From: Candidatus Hydrogenedentota bacterium
GTDB lineage: Bacteria; Hydrogenedentota; Hydrogenedentia; Hydrogenedentales; SLHB01
Length of the DNA stretch: 64,000 nucleotides
Assembly: GCA_045863295.1 (NCBI GenBank)
Contig: BTWA01000012.1
Span: forward strand, 32,001-96,000
Direction: 5' to 3'
Part shown: positions 40,064-48,884 of the stretch, one piece after another
Numbering within the stretch: the stretch's first letter is position 1
Layout of the letters: the number at the start of each line of letters is the position of its first letter
The notes under the pieces: generated by a model
What the model saw: only the letters and a program-made list of their open reading frames with translations
The model's database searches: none
Told to the model about the DNA's origin: nothing
Translations under genes and position numbers: made by a program

Positions 40064-41332
40064 CTACTTCACTGAGGCCGATTCACGTAGTCTATGCAAG
40101 ACCTCGCCTGCGTGTTCCACCAGGAGGAGTCCTTCGTCCTCTCGATCACGCCAGTCATCCGGATTTATTGAATCCGGATTGCGGAATCCAAGGTTAATCG
40201 CCCGGCACTCTGATTCCGGGATTGCCGTTGCGAGCGTTACCTGTACTCGCGGCGATTCAATACCGTTCTGATACGATCCGATGCCACGAACATGTGTTGA
40301 GTGTGCGAGGATTCCGCCCGGGACGTCCTTGAAGCGATCCATTTGTGCGAGAAAGTAGTCGCGCGTGTGGTATCCGATTCGTTTGATAAGACTGCCGTGT
40401 GTGATGCTGACTTCGCGGATGTGTGGACCGTAAATAATGAGCTCACCTCCGTCGGCAACGACCGGCTCCAGCTTGTACATGCACTTTCCGGCTACCCAGA
40501 TTTCGTCGTACATTTCGGGAGCCATGGCCAGTACGCTCGCAAATGGCTTGTCCTTGTAGATAACGTGAGTTTCGGCAGCCAGATCCGCCGCAGGCGACCA
40601 AGCATCTTCAGGTGTTCCGTAAAAAATAGCGCGGGTCCTGCTTCCGGACACGTTGAAGCAAAACGCCCGCTTTTCTTTGTGGATCATGGCTGCGCATGTG
40701 TCAACCACTGCCCGCACCGGGGTATATTTCGTACCGTTTATCAATGGGTTGGTAATCAGTGCTCCAAGCCAGTGGAATACATTCAGTATGTCCGCGCCTG
40801 CTATTCCGGGGAAGAAGTACTTATTCCCGCCACTGTACCCGACCACCTCATGGGGAAATACCGGTCCCGCGATAATGATAATATCGTAATCGAAGATTCG
40901 CTTATTGACCCGGACAGGTGCTTCGTCTCGCATGAGGCCGCTAGATAGTTCGGCCAGTTTCTCGCTAGTGAGGATCCCAATCTCCGCGAGTGCGTCCGGG
41001 TTGTCCCATTCGTGATTGTAAATGTCAATATCTGCGTACTGGGAATGCCGATCGGACTTCGAAAGTCCCAACAACTTCAAAATGCCATTTTCATTCATCG
41101 GTGGGTGGGTGCCAAGTGCGATGAGGAAATCGGTTTTTGCCGCGCGCCCCCGTGTGGCTTCGCAGGCTGCACGAAACAGTGCCGGCATGGGCATGCTTCG
41201 TGTGTTGTCTGGAATTATGAACAGCACGCGCTTGCCGTCCAGAGTTTCGCTTTCCAGGGCCTCAAGCACAAACGCGTGGATTTCGAGGTCGGACAAAAAA
41301 CCTTGCGTCTTAACTAGTTCCATTGGTTGCAC
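40064..41332 (-). CDS. LarA-superfamily (nickel-pincer) alpha-hydroxyacid epimerase, likely mannonate/gluconate 2-epimerase
   Basis: IPDNTR, ALGTH, NH, PHEVVGYSGGNKYFFPG. Substrate inferred from gene context. Confidence 0.8.
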   Translation of the reverse strand: MQPMELVKTQGFLSDLEIHAFVLEALESETLDGKRVLFIIPDNTRSMPMPALFRAACEATRGRAAKTDFLIALGTHPPMNENGILKLLGLSKSDRHSQYADIDIYNHEWDNPDALAEIGILTSEKLAELSSGLMRDEAPVRVNKRIFDYDIIIIAGPVFPHEVVGYSGGNKYFFPGIAGADILNVFHWLGALITNPLINGTKYTPVRAVVDTCAAMIHKEKRAFCFNVSGSRTRAIFYGTPEDAWSPAADLAAETHVIYKDKPFASVLAMAPEMYDEIWVAGKCMYKLEPVVADGGELIIYGPHIREVSITHGSLIKRIGYHTRDYFLAQMDRFKDVPGGILAHSTHVRGIGSYQNGIESPRVQVTLATAIPESECRAINLGFRNPDSINPDDWRDREDEGLLLVEHAGEVLHRLRESASVK

Positions 41333-42491
41333 TTTCCCACTGACTGGCCACCTGAAATGAGAGACCCTGCAAGGTGGCCGTAACTTCGGGGTTTGGATGC
41401 TTCAGGCGCACCGTCGTGCGCGAAAACTCACGGCGGCGAGGATATTCCTTGCGCAGGCGATCAAACATCTCCGCACGCTGACAAGCATCTGCTGCCATCA
41501 GCCTTCGCATGGCTTGATCATCCGTTCGAATAGAATACACGGCTTGGACTGCTTTGCGAGCGGCAGGTATAATGTGTGTATCTTCCACATCCACGAATCC
41601 ACATTCAGGCTGGGGAAGCAGAGGTGTTGGATCCCAATCTGACTTCTTGCCCAGGAATCGTGCAACGGCCGAGTGCAACATTCGCGTGCCGTTTACCTTG
41701 CCGTCGAACGAATACCCGGCGATGTGCGGCGTGCCAATAAAGACTTTCCTGAGAAGACGCATGTCTACGTCCGGTTCTGCATTCCAGACGTCCAGGATGG
41801 CGGCAAGAAGTTCGCCTGATTCCAACCCCTCCAGGACACACTGTTCGTCCATCACGGGACCACGGGCCGTGTTGATGAATATGGCCCTGGGTTTCAGTTG
41901 CTCGAAAAAACGCCGCTCGGCCAGCCGGAAAGTGGCATCGGGTCCGTCATACGTAAGCGGCACGTGAATGGTGACGATGTCACACTCATAGATTTCCTCG
42001 ATCGACCTGTACAAGGGATCGCCCGTCAAACGGGCCAGTGGAGGGTCGTTGAGCACACACTCCATGCCGAGGGCTTCGCAACGGATGGCGACCCGGGAAC
42101 CCACATTTCCCACGCCGATGATACCTATGCGCTGGCGAGGAAGGTCAATGCCAAAGTGGGCGCCCAATTCCAGCAAGGCGGCGGTCAGGTAGTCAGCCAC
42201 GCTGTCCGCATTGGAGCCGGGGGCGCTGTCGAAGCGGATGCCTTCCTTGGCCAGATACTCTTTATCGATATGATCTTCACCGATGGTGGCCGTGCCCACA
42301 AATCGGACACGGGACCCCGCCAGAAGAGCCGCATTGACCTGGGTTACCGAGCGAACAAGCAAGATATCCGCGTGCTGTATGGACGCGGAAGACATGCCCC
42401 GGCCAGAAAGTGTTGTCACGTCGCCGAATTGGGAGAAGGCATCCTTCACATACGGGATGTTTTCATCAGCGACTATGTTGAGCGTGGCCAT
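41310..42491 (-). CDS. pdxB: 4-phosphoerythronate dehydrogenase
   Basis: IVADENIP, LLVRSVT, TATIGEDH, APGSNA, GVGNVG, TPHIAGYS, C-terminal FDRLRKEYPRRREF. Confidence 0.9.
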   Translation of the reverse strand: MATLNIVADENIPYVKDAFSQFGDVTTLSGRGMSSASIQHADILLVRSVTQVNAALLAGSRVRFVGTATIGEDHIDKEYLAKEGIRFDSAPGSNADSVADYLTAALLELGAHFGIDLPRQRIGIIGVGNVGSRVAIRCEALGMECVLNDPPLARLTGDPLYRSIEEIYECDIVTIHVPLTYDGPDATFRLAERRFFEQLKPRAIFINTARGPVMDEQCVLEGLESGELLAAILDVWNAEPDVDMRLLRKVFIGTPHIAGYSFDGKVNGTRMLHSAVARFLGKKSDWDPTPLLPQPECGFVDVEDTHIIPAARKAVQAVYSIRTDDQAMRRLMAADACQRAEMFDRLRKEYPRRREFSRTTVRLKHPNPEVTATLQGLSFQVASQWESATNGTS

Positions 42492-42523
42492 TGTCACTTA
42501 TGTCCGTGTATGCACTTGGACCA

Positions 42524-43411
42524 CTATTTCCACGGCGGCGTCGAAGGAAGTTCCAAATTGAATTCTTTGACAAGAGCGTCTTGGTAGGCGCCGCCAAAGG
42601 TGCCGCCAAAGAATTTGTCGAGTCCTTCCTGGAATAGCCGTTTCCAACTTTCGTCTTCCCGACCGGGAATGATGGGAAAGAAGTGTGCCCCATTGTCCAC
42701 GGCAGCCTTGTGATCGCCTGGTGCATCCCCAATCATGAGCATATTCGACTTTTTGTACCGTCCTGCAGAGGCTAAGTGAATGTGTTCGGACTTCTTGCCG
42801 AGTTCCTGGCCCGCAATCGCGAAAACAAATTCTGCGATACCCTGTTCGTCCCATTCCCGTTGGAGTGCCTCCGTGGGGGTTTGCGAGCAAACAAGCATAT
42901 CGGCATTTGATCGGGCTTTTTCAAGCGATTCGCGCACATAGGGAAAAGGAGGGAGTCCGTCCTTTACGATTTCTGAGACGACCTTATTCACTTCTTTACT
43001 CCAAGCCAGCGCACGATGCATATCTTCCTGATCGTGTGTCTTGCAGTACGCTTCAAGTACAGGGTTGCCCAACTTGGATTCCGTGGCAATCCACTGCCGC
43101 ACATTGGGTGCCTCCGGTACGACAAACTTGCGGTCCCGCACCTTGTCCCACTCCTTCAACAAATCAAAGGTCATGGTAAGCGCAGGAAATCGGTTGATGC
43201 CCCGCCATTGCGAATAAAGATTAACAAACTCGGCCGCAGCCCGCGCGAATTTCGAGATGGGTTGCAGGTCCCAATGCTTGATGATTTGCGGTATGAAGCA
43301 CTCCTTGTGCTTTACTTCCATCGTATCGAAAGCACAACCGTCGGAGTCGATTGCGATCAAAAACTCATGGGATGGCTGATGGTTTTTTAGTATGGACGTA
43401 GGGTCGGACAT
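42524..43411 (-). CDS. HAD-superfamily hydrolase
   Basis: Motif I DSDGCAFDT, motif II CSQT, K, motif IV MIGDAPGD. ATG follows AGGAGG. Confidence 0.85.
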   Translation of the reverse strand: MSDPTSILKNHQPSHEFLIAIDSDGCAFDTMEVKHKECFIPQIIKHWDLQPISKFARAAAEFVNLYSQWRGINRFPALTMTFDLLKEWDKVRDRKFVVPEAPNVRQWIATESKLGNPVLEAYCKTHDQEDMHRALAWSKEVNKVVSEIVKDGLPPFPYVRESLEKARSNADMLVCSQTPTEALQREWDEQGIAEFVFAIAGQELGKKSEHIHLASAGRYKKSNMLMIGDAPGDHKAAVDNGAHFFPIIPGREDESWKRLFQEGLDKFFGGTFGGAYQDALVKEFNLELPSTPPWK

Positions 43412-43439
43412 GGCTGAGACTCCTCCTTGAACAACGGCG

Positions 43440-44273
43440 TCACACGCCGGAATAGGCCGAAAAACCACCGTCAACTGGAATGACCGTTCCCGTTACGAAA
43501 CGCGCAGAATTGGAAGCGAGCCATATCGCGACTCCCGTAAGATCGCCGGACACGCCAAATGCACCCGCCGGAGTGTGGTCTATGATCTGCCTGCCCCGCT
43601 CGGTTAAGCCGCCGGTGCGGTCATTAGTCAACAGAAACTGGTTTTGTGGCGTCAGAAAGAATCCGGGTGCAATCGCATTCACGCGCAAATTTGGAGAGTA
43701 TTCTTGCGCCAGATGTACAGCAAGCCATTGTGTAAAATTGTTAACCGCGGCCTTCGCTGCCGCATAACCCACTATGCGGGTTAAAGGCCGAGTCGCCGCC
43801 ATGGACGAAATATTAATGATGGACCCGCCTTCCGGATTGTCTTTCATGCGTTTGCCGAAGATTTGGCATGGCTTGACTACTGAATTCAAAAAGTTTAAAT
43901 CCATGACTTTGCGGATGGCGTCGAGGGAAAGGTCGAAGAAAGGCATATCGGCCGTGACCGTGGCCTCTTTCATATTGCCTCCCACGCAATTCACAAGAAT
44001 ATCAACTTTGCCAAATTCCAAGTATACGTCATCGCAAAACGCTTCCACGGCACCATCTTGCATCATATCCAACGCATACCCTTTGGCGTGGCCGCAGGTT
44101 TCCGCCAGCTGTCGCGAAATCATCGCAGCCTTGTCCAAGGTAATGTTGGTCACAGCACATTGTGCACCAGCGCGGGCCATGCCGCAGGCGATCGCGCTAC
44201 CCAACTCGCCGCCACCACCGGTTATTACGGCTACCTTGCCGGATAGGTCAAAAAACTCCTGAATATCTGACAC
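43440..44273 (-). CDS. uxuB: SDR oxidoreductase of the D-mannonate oxidoreductase/fructuronate reductase type
   Basis: TGGGGELG, YAAAK, and subfamily-typical PLTRIVGY...NFTQWLAVH...APGFFLTPQN. GTG start follows AAGGA. Confidence 0.75.
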   Translation of the reverse strand: MSDIQEFFDLSGKVAVITGGGGELGSAIACGMARAGAQCAVTNITLDKAAMISRQLAETCGHAKGYALDMMQDGAVEAFCDDVYLEFGKVDILVNCVGGNMKEATVTADMPFFDLSLDAIRKVMDLNFLNSVVKPCQIFGKRMKDNPEGGSIINISSMAATRPLTRIVGYAAAKAAVNNFTQWLAVHLAQEYSPNLRVNAIAPGFFLTPQNQFLLTNDRTGGLTERGRQIIDHTPAGAFGVSGDLTGVAIWLASNSARFVTGTVIPVDGGFSAYSGV

Positions 44274-44449
44274 AGTCAATTCCTTCCCCACAGGGCAATT
44301 CGGAGGAGTAAACGAAGTTCGATTCCCGACTGACAATTGGACGGGGCGAAGTGACGCCAATACTTGAAACGGCCATGGGAAACCCTCTATTTGGGAAGCG
44401 CCCAACGATTAATAAGCTCGTTTCAGAATTGCCCAAACACAAACATCGA

Positions 44450-44478
44450 ATCGTATCACATATAAGCTAAACCTTCAA
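44450..44478 (-). promoter_or_regulatory. Sigma70-type promoter of the sugar-acid operon
   Basis: TTGAAG-17 bp-TACGAT with extended -10 TG. Confidence 0.55.
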
Positions 44479-44528
44479 ACAGTGATGGGTTACTTAGAAC
44501 AAATCAAGACACCTCAAAAACGTGCAGG

Positions 44529-45515
44529 TTAGACCTGTCCGGGTTCGCGAGGGTCCCCCATTTGAGGACGATTGCGTTTGAACCAAATGGCGGTCCCCAC
44601 AAGTCCTCCTACGATTAAGGAACCAACACCAATCCACTGAGATGTAGACAAACCGAATGCACGATTGGCTTCGACAAGGGGGGCTGCGTCAAGGACAACT
44701 CGCATCAATCCATATAAGACAAAAGTCAGTGCGAAAGTGGCACCCGGTGCTCGAATGCATCGGTAGAAGATCTCAACCGTCACCCAGAGTACCAGCCCCG
44801 CGGTCGTGTAGGCAATTGGCAAGGGAAACACCGGCATCGTTCGGTTCTTTTGAGCCATCAGCAGTGCCTCTTCACGTGTCATGCCGTGCGTGACGAGATG
44901 GCGTTTTAATGCGAGCGGCAGGCGGGAGTCGTCCATTGCAAGCAAAGCGACATGACAAATTGGAATGCGTTTCCCGTCTTCCAGCGAGAGCAGAAGCGGA
45001 TCTGGAGGATCGAGCATTCCCAACGCGTACTGACGGTTGTAAACGATGCTGCCAAACGGGTACGTGATGCCAACCGCCGGCCTACATTCGATCCCCGCGC
45101 AACATCCAGACGACAGACATGCAAATTTCGCCACGGCAATCGAAATAAAGATTGACGGCGCCAATGCATCAAGGTAAGTCAGAGATTTCGACCCAAAGAA
45201 CAGGACGTAACTAAACAAAATTACAGATGAAAACGCGAGAAAGATGGAAATGGAATACGGCGCTCGCGCAAAAGGAGAAAGCAGTGCCCATTCAAACCTG
45301 GGAGACGATCCGGAACTCAAGTCATGTACAATTCGCCCAGCCAGCCAACCGGCCACAATTGCAATAATAAACCCAGGAACCAATTTGCCAACGTCGATTT
45401 CCCGCCGCCGGGTACGGCCAATTAACGTGGCAACGCCTGCCAGTGCCGCCAAGAGGATGAAGAACGGATAAGCATTCACATCCATCCGGCCTATGGATAG
45501 GAGTACAGGTTGCAC
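44529..45515 (-). CDS. Lgt-family membrane protein with degenerate catalytic motifs
   Basis: Lgt-like N-terminus MQPVLLSIG...AY, GR, DALAP, GCCAG, YGLMR, STSQ. The HGG, GR and HPxQLYE motifs are replaced. Confidence 0.75.
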   Translation of the reverse strand: MQPVLLSIGRMDVNAYPFFILLAALAGVATLIGRTRRREIDVGKLVPGFIIAIVAGWLAGRIVHDLSSGSSPRFEWALLSPFARAPYSISIFLAFSSVILFSYVLFFGSKSLTYLDALAPSIFISIAVAKFACLSSGCCAGIECRPAVGITYPFGSIVYNRQYALGMLDPPDPLLLSLEDGKRIPICHVALLAMDDSRLPLALKRHLVTHGMTREEALLMAQKNRTMPVFPLPIAYTTAGLVLWVTVEIFYRCIRAPGATFALTFVLYGLMRVVLDAAPLVEANRAFGLSTSQWIGVGSLIVGGLVGTAIWFKRNRPQMGDPREPGQV

Positions 45516-45616
45516 GGGCTGGCTGGGCGAAATGCCGTCATTGCCGGGATTCAGGTTTTGCTATCAACACGAATACTGAAACCCAAACAAGACGGTGCAA
45601 TGCATGCCCAATCTTG

Positions 45617-45772
45617 TCAGTGCGTTAAGGCGTTGTAGCATTCGCCCCAGCCCGGCGTCGGATATTCCACAGGCACATCATCTGCATACGATACCAAGGC
45701 CGGTGCAAACAGGGTGGCAACTATGGCGACCGCGGCCGCCCACCAGATCACGCGCTTCGAAAACCGTTTCAT
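45617..45772 (-). CDS. 51-aa secreted peptide precursor (below the ORF-track cutoff)
   Basis: AAGGAG RBS 8 nt before ATG. Translates to MKRFSKRVIWWAAAVAIVATLFAPALVSYA-DDVPVEYPTPGWGECYNALTH*, a textbook Sec signal peptide followed by a short tail. Confidence 0.8.
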   Translation of the reverse strand: MKRFSKRVIWWAAAVAIVATLFAPALVSYADDVPVEYPTPGWGECYNALTH

Positions 45773-46103
45773 TTCCTGTTCTCCTTGCTTTCTTGCCTTG
45801 CGACCTGCAAGACATATTTGTGGCGCACTCCGGCTCGGGATGTGGACTGCGTAAGTGCATTACCAACATTTCACGTGCCGGAACATACGCGCAATGGATG
45901 CAGACGAAAGCGAATGGGAGAGAATGCGTTCTCACTCGCAGCGCTTACAACCGGTACCGAATATACAGGCACAAGCCTTAAGCGTGTCCAACGTGTACAA
46001 ATACATGGGGTTTGAACGAGGCTGGAGCCCGAAAGGTGACGTCCACTCGAGTCCAATCAGCCGACGCCAAACGAGAAGCAACTGCAACAACCAGGATTTA
46101 ATC

Positions 46104-46132
46104 ACTTTATCAATAACCATTCATCTTGTCAA
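46104..46132 (-). promoter_or_regulatory. Strong sigma70-type promoter facing the peptide/Lgt-like genes
   Basis: TTGACA-17 bp-TAAAGT with extended -10 TG. Confidence 0.7.
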
Positions 46133-46250
46133 TGGTATTGTGCATGAGAAAAGTGTGTTCAAATATCTCGATGTAGCAGTAAGACCAGTTATGGGGTGTA
46201 GAGGTTCGAATCTTGAAGAGGTGGAGTAGAACGTCGGCGGCCCCGATGCA

Positions 46251-46733
46251 TCAAGTCAGAATCGAAGGTAGTGAGTCCGGGGCTCCCTCTACCAAATTGC
46301 GTATGCCGTCAATAGAGGAAAGGCCTCTCTTTTCGCCAATGCGGCTCATGATCCATGCCAGACATTTCAACCAAAATGGAATGGGAGCATTCGATATGCA
46401 CAATTCATGACGCAATCTTACTTGCTTTCCATTTTCAAGAGCATCCAGATGAAATGTCTCATCCACGTGGCGGCCTTTGTGCGTTGATTCAAGTATATAC
46501 CGGAAAGTAATTCTGATTCGCGGATCCAACGCCACCACTTCGCAGGAGGCCCTTGAGGCAGGTCCGGACATCTTGAACGTGGCACTGAACCGGAGTCCGT
46601 TGTATGCCTTCGTCCCCCGAGCGTCGCAGGCAACACACTTGTGATTCCAGAGCGGCATTAACTCTACGTCTTCCAGAACGGACCAGACGCGATCAGGACT
46701 GCCTGAAATGAAGCCCTCGTCATAAAGCACCAT
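46251..46733 (-). CDS. SRPBCC (polyketide cyclase/START) family protein
   Basis: ISGSPDRVWSVLEDVELMPLWN and a C-terminal helix IDGIRNLVE. Confidence 0.75.
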   Translation of the reverse strand: MVLYDEGFISGSPDRVWSVLEDVELMPLWNHKCVACDARGTKAYNGLRFSATFKMSGPASRASCEVVALDPRIRITFRYILESTHKGRHVDETFHLDALENGKQVRLRHELCISNAPIPFWLKCLAWIMSRIGEKRGLSSIDGIRNLVEGAPDSLPSILT

Positions 46734-46756
46734 TTCGAGAATTGTCACCGTTGTAG

Positions 46757-47938
46757 TCAGTTCAATACCGATGGATCCCAAATGGTGGCGCCAATATACC
46801 GTTCGGGACCGGTCGTTGCATCGTTGAAGTAATACACGACAACCACTTTTCCATCAGGGCGTTGCACGCTTCGTGGATAGCCGATGTCTCGACTTGCGCC
46901 GTCCTTGCGCAGGACGATTTCTTTACCCCAGGTTCTACCGCCGTCGTCGCTCAACTTGGCGCACATGGAGAAAGGTTCCGCCCTGTATCCATAGGTCAGA
47001 CAGAGGCGGCCATCTTTCAGTTTGATTAAGCTGGGAGGGTTTCCTTCGCCCAGTGTTTCCATTGGGTCGTTAGAGTACGTCCATGTCTTGCCGTTATCGG
47101 CGGAGTGATAGGTCGAATTAAAGCGGCGATCAGGCGTGCGCACGCGCACGACACTCACCAATTCAGTTTCGGACAACCGAACGCTTGAGGGCATAATGGA
47201 GAATTCGTCAATCTCAGGCCCGATGAACGAGAGAAATTCCCACGATTTCCCGCCATCGGTTGTGCGCATGCAGAAAGGCCGGCCCTCCCGGCCATTGCTT
47301 TTGGCCGCGGTCGAAAAGACGGTGCAAATGCCGGGTCCATCCACAATATAGTCGGTACGAGCCGCGGTGCCCTGCAAATCAAAGTTGGGGAGACGAAATG
47401 GGCCTTGCCAAACATGGCCTCGATCATAGGAGTAGTAAAACCGAGACACCCCCGCATGAACGCTGTTCATGCGCGTGGTAAAGGCAAAATCCGGATGAGT
47501 AAAGTCAATTCCTCCCGGGCATTCTTCCAGCGGTGGAATGGCGACTCCTGGAATCTCCGTGCCATGCAATGAATCGCCTTCAGGCATCAGCATGCCCTTG
47601 GAGTTCGGATCTTCAATCGCCCAACTCTCCCCGCCATCTAGGCTTCGGGCGAGCATGTGCCGTTCTGGTTTGTCGCGGTCGATGTGATGACGATCTCCCA
47701 GGTTCAGATAGTGACCTTTGCTAAATCCCACCAGGATTTCGTTGCCCCAAATCCATATGCCATGGTTGGCGGGCCAACCACCAAACATGCCCGGCTCGTA
47801 ATAGACTTTTACATGAGATGCCTGCACGGGTTCACCTTGCGCCTGCTCCTGTCCGTAGGAGGCGCATGCCAAGAATACGATCCAAATGACTAATGACAAG
47901 ACATCGTAGCGGACAAACGAACGCATTGAGGTCGGCAT
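46757..47938 (-). CDS. Secreted BNR/Asp-box (sialidase-like) beta-propeller hydrolase
   Basis: Signal peptide; five Asp boxes (SLDGGESW, SYDRGHVW, TTDGGKSW, SADNGKTW, SDDGGRTW); DIGYP. Confidence 0.85.
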   Translation of the reverse strand: MPTSMRSFVRYDVLSLVIWIVFLACASYGQEQAQGEPVQASHVKVYYEPGMFGGWPANHGIWIWGNEILVGFSKGHYLNLGDRHHIDRDKPERHMLARSLDGGESWAIEDPNSKGMLMPEGDSLHGTEIPGVAIPPLEECPGGIDFTHPDFAFTTRMNSVHAGVSRFYYSYDRGHVWQGPFRLPNFDLQGTAARTDYIVDGPGICTVFSTAAKSNGREGRPFCMRTTDGGKSWEFLSFIGPEIDEFSIMPSSVRLSETELVSVVRVRTPDRRFNSTYHSADNGKTWTYSNDPMETLGEGNPPSLIKLKDGRLCLTYGYRAEPFSMCAKLSDDGGRTWGKEIVLRKDGASRDIGYPRSVQRPDGKVVVVYYFNDATTGPERYIGATIWDPSVLN

Positions 47939-48307
47939 GTGCGGCTCCTGGTTGATGGAACAGCATCGTACTGGGGCGGGAGCACCTCCTTCAAGGTCAC
48001 CGTAACCGATTGTGTACGAGTCCAATTGTGACCTCAGGTCGCGCGTGCGCGGGCCATGTCATTCGATGGTCTGTCGGTTTGGAGGTATACGGCTAGAGTG
48101 GGCAGGGTTTCATTCAAGCCCAGAGTACGGTGACGTAATCCAGGAGTATCGCCTGACGTTACGGACTATTTCGCCGAATGGTGAGGGCTACAACCGCGTA
48201 CCGATAACTAGCAAATAGGTCACCATGGAATGCGATGCACAATAATCGCCTCCATCCACTCGAATCACACGCGGGTGTGTCTCGTTTGTACCGGCAAGAT
48301 AATTCTT

Positions 48308-48748
48308 CTATTGTACCGACGCTACTGGTTTCTGCGGTATCTTTCGGGGACGCGGCGCTGGTTTGGGAGACTTGCCGGGAACTCGCTGCTCATCCTCTTG
48401 CACCCGTTTGATGAACGCCGTGACCAAGTCAAAGCTCTTATCCATCGTGGATTTGAAGTCCTTGCGGCTTCTCCTCACCATTTTCGCCCATTCAGTGGCG
48501 ACTTTCTTGCCCTCCGCCGGCATCCAGCGACCGTTGGTCAGAATCTCCATAATCAACTTCTCAGCTTGATCCTGAATGCCTCCCACAACTTTGATGGTCG
48601 TATCAAACGTGGTCTTTTGAAACTCCACCAAATTGAGGGCAAGTTTCACCGCTTTTTCCCGGGTTACGTCACCAGTTTTCGCCAGGCTGTTTCGCAATCC
48701 CCTTTTTCCTTTCTTCGTGGCTGCGGATTTCTTTTTTGTTTCCACCAT
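48308..48748 (-). CDS. Phasin-like helical protein with Lys/Pro-rich termini
   Basis: Core EFQKTTFD...QDQAEK...WMPAEGKK...EW...DFK resembles uncharacterised phasin-like proteins. RBS GGGAG. Confidence 0.55.
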   Translation of the reverse strand: MVETKKKSAATKKGKRGLRNSLAKTGDVTREKAVKLALNLVEFQKTTFDTTIKVVGGIQDQAEKLIMEILTNGRWMPAEGKKVATEWAKMVRRSRKDFKSTMDKSFDLVTAFIKRVQEDEQRVPGKSPKPAPRPRKIPQKPVASVQ

Positions 48749-48884
48749 GGTACTGACTCCCAATTGTCAACCCAACGTGTGCAACAGCCGCTTTGCCTTG
48801 CACATGGTCAGGTACCGATCGATAGCTCATCCCATGTCTCGCTGGCCGTTCAATCTTGCTGTCCAATTCCAATTTCGTCGTATT

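Noticed and set aside
38059..40271. Plus-strand ORFs of 303 and 362 aa
   Set aside because: Antisense to pfp and its neighbours, with no protein-like features.
46015..46050. GAAA-tetraloop hairpin followed by GACG, reminiscent of a c-di-GMP-I riboswitch
   Set aside because: It lacks the GGCAAA and GCAAA elements and lies on the strand opposite the local genes.
46195..46215. GGTTCGAATC T-loop motif
   Set aside because: No proper T-stem or cloverleaf around it.
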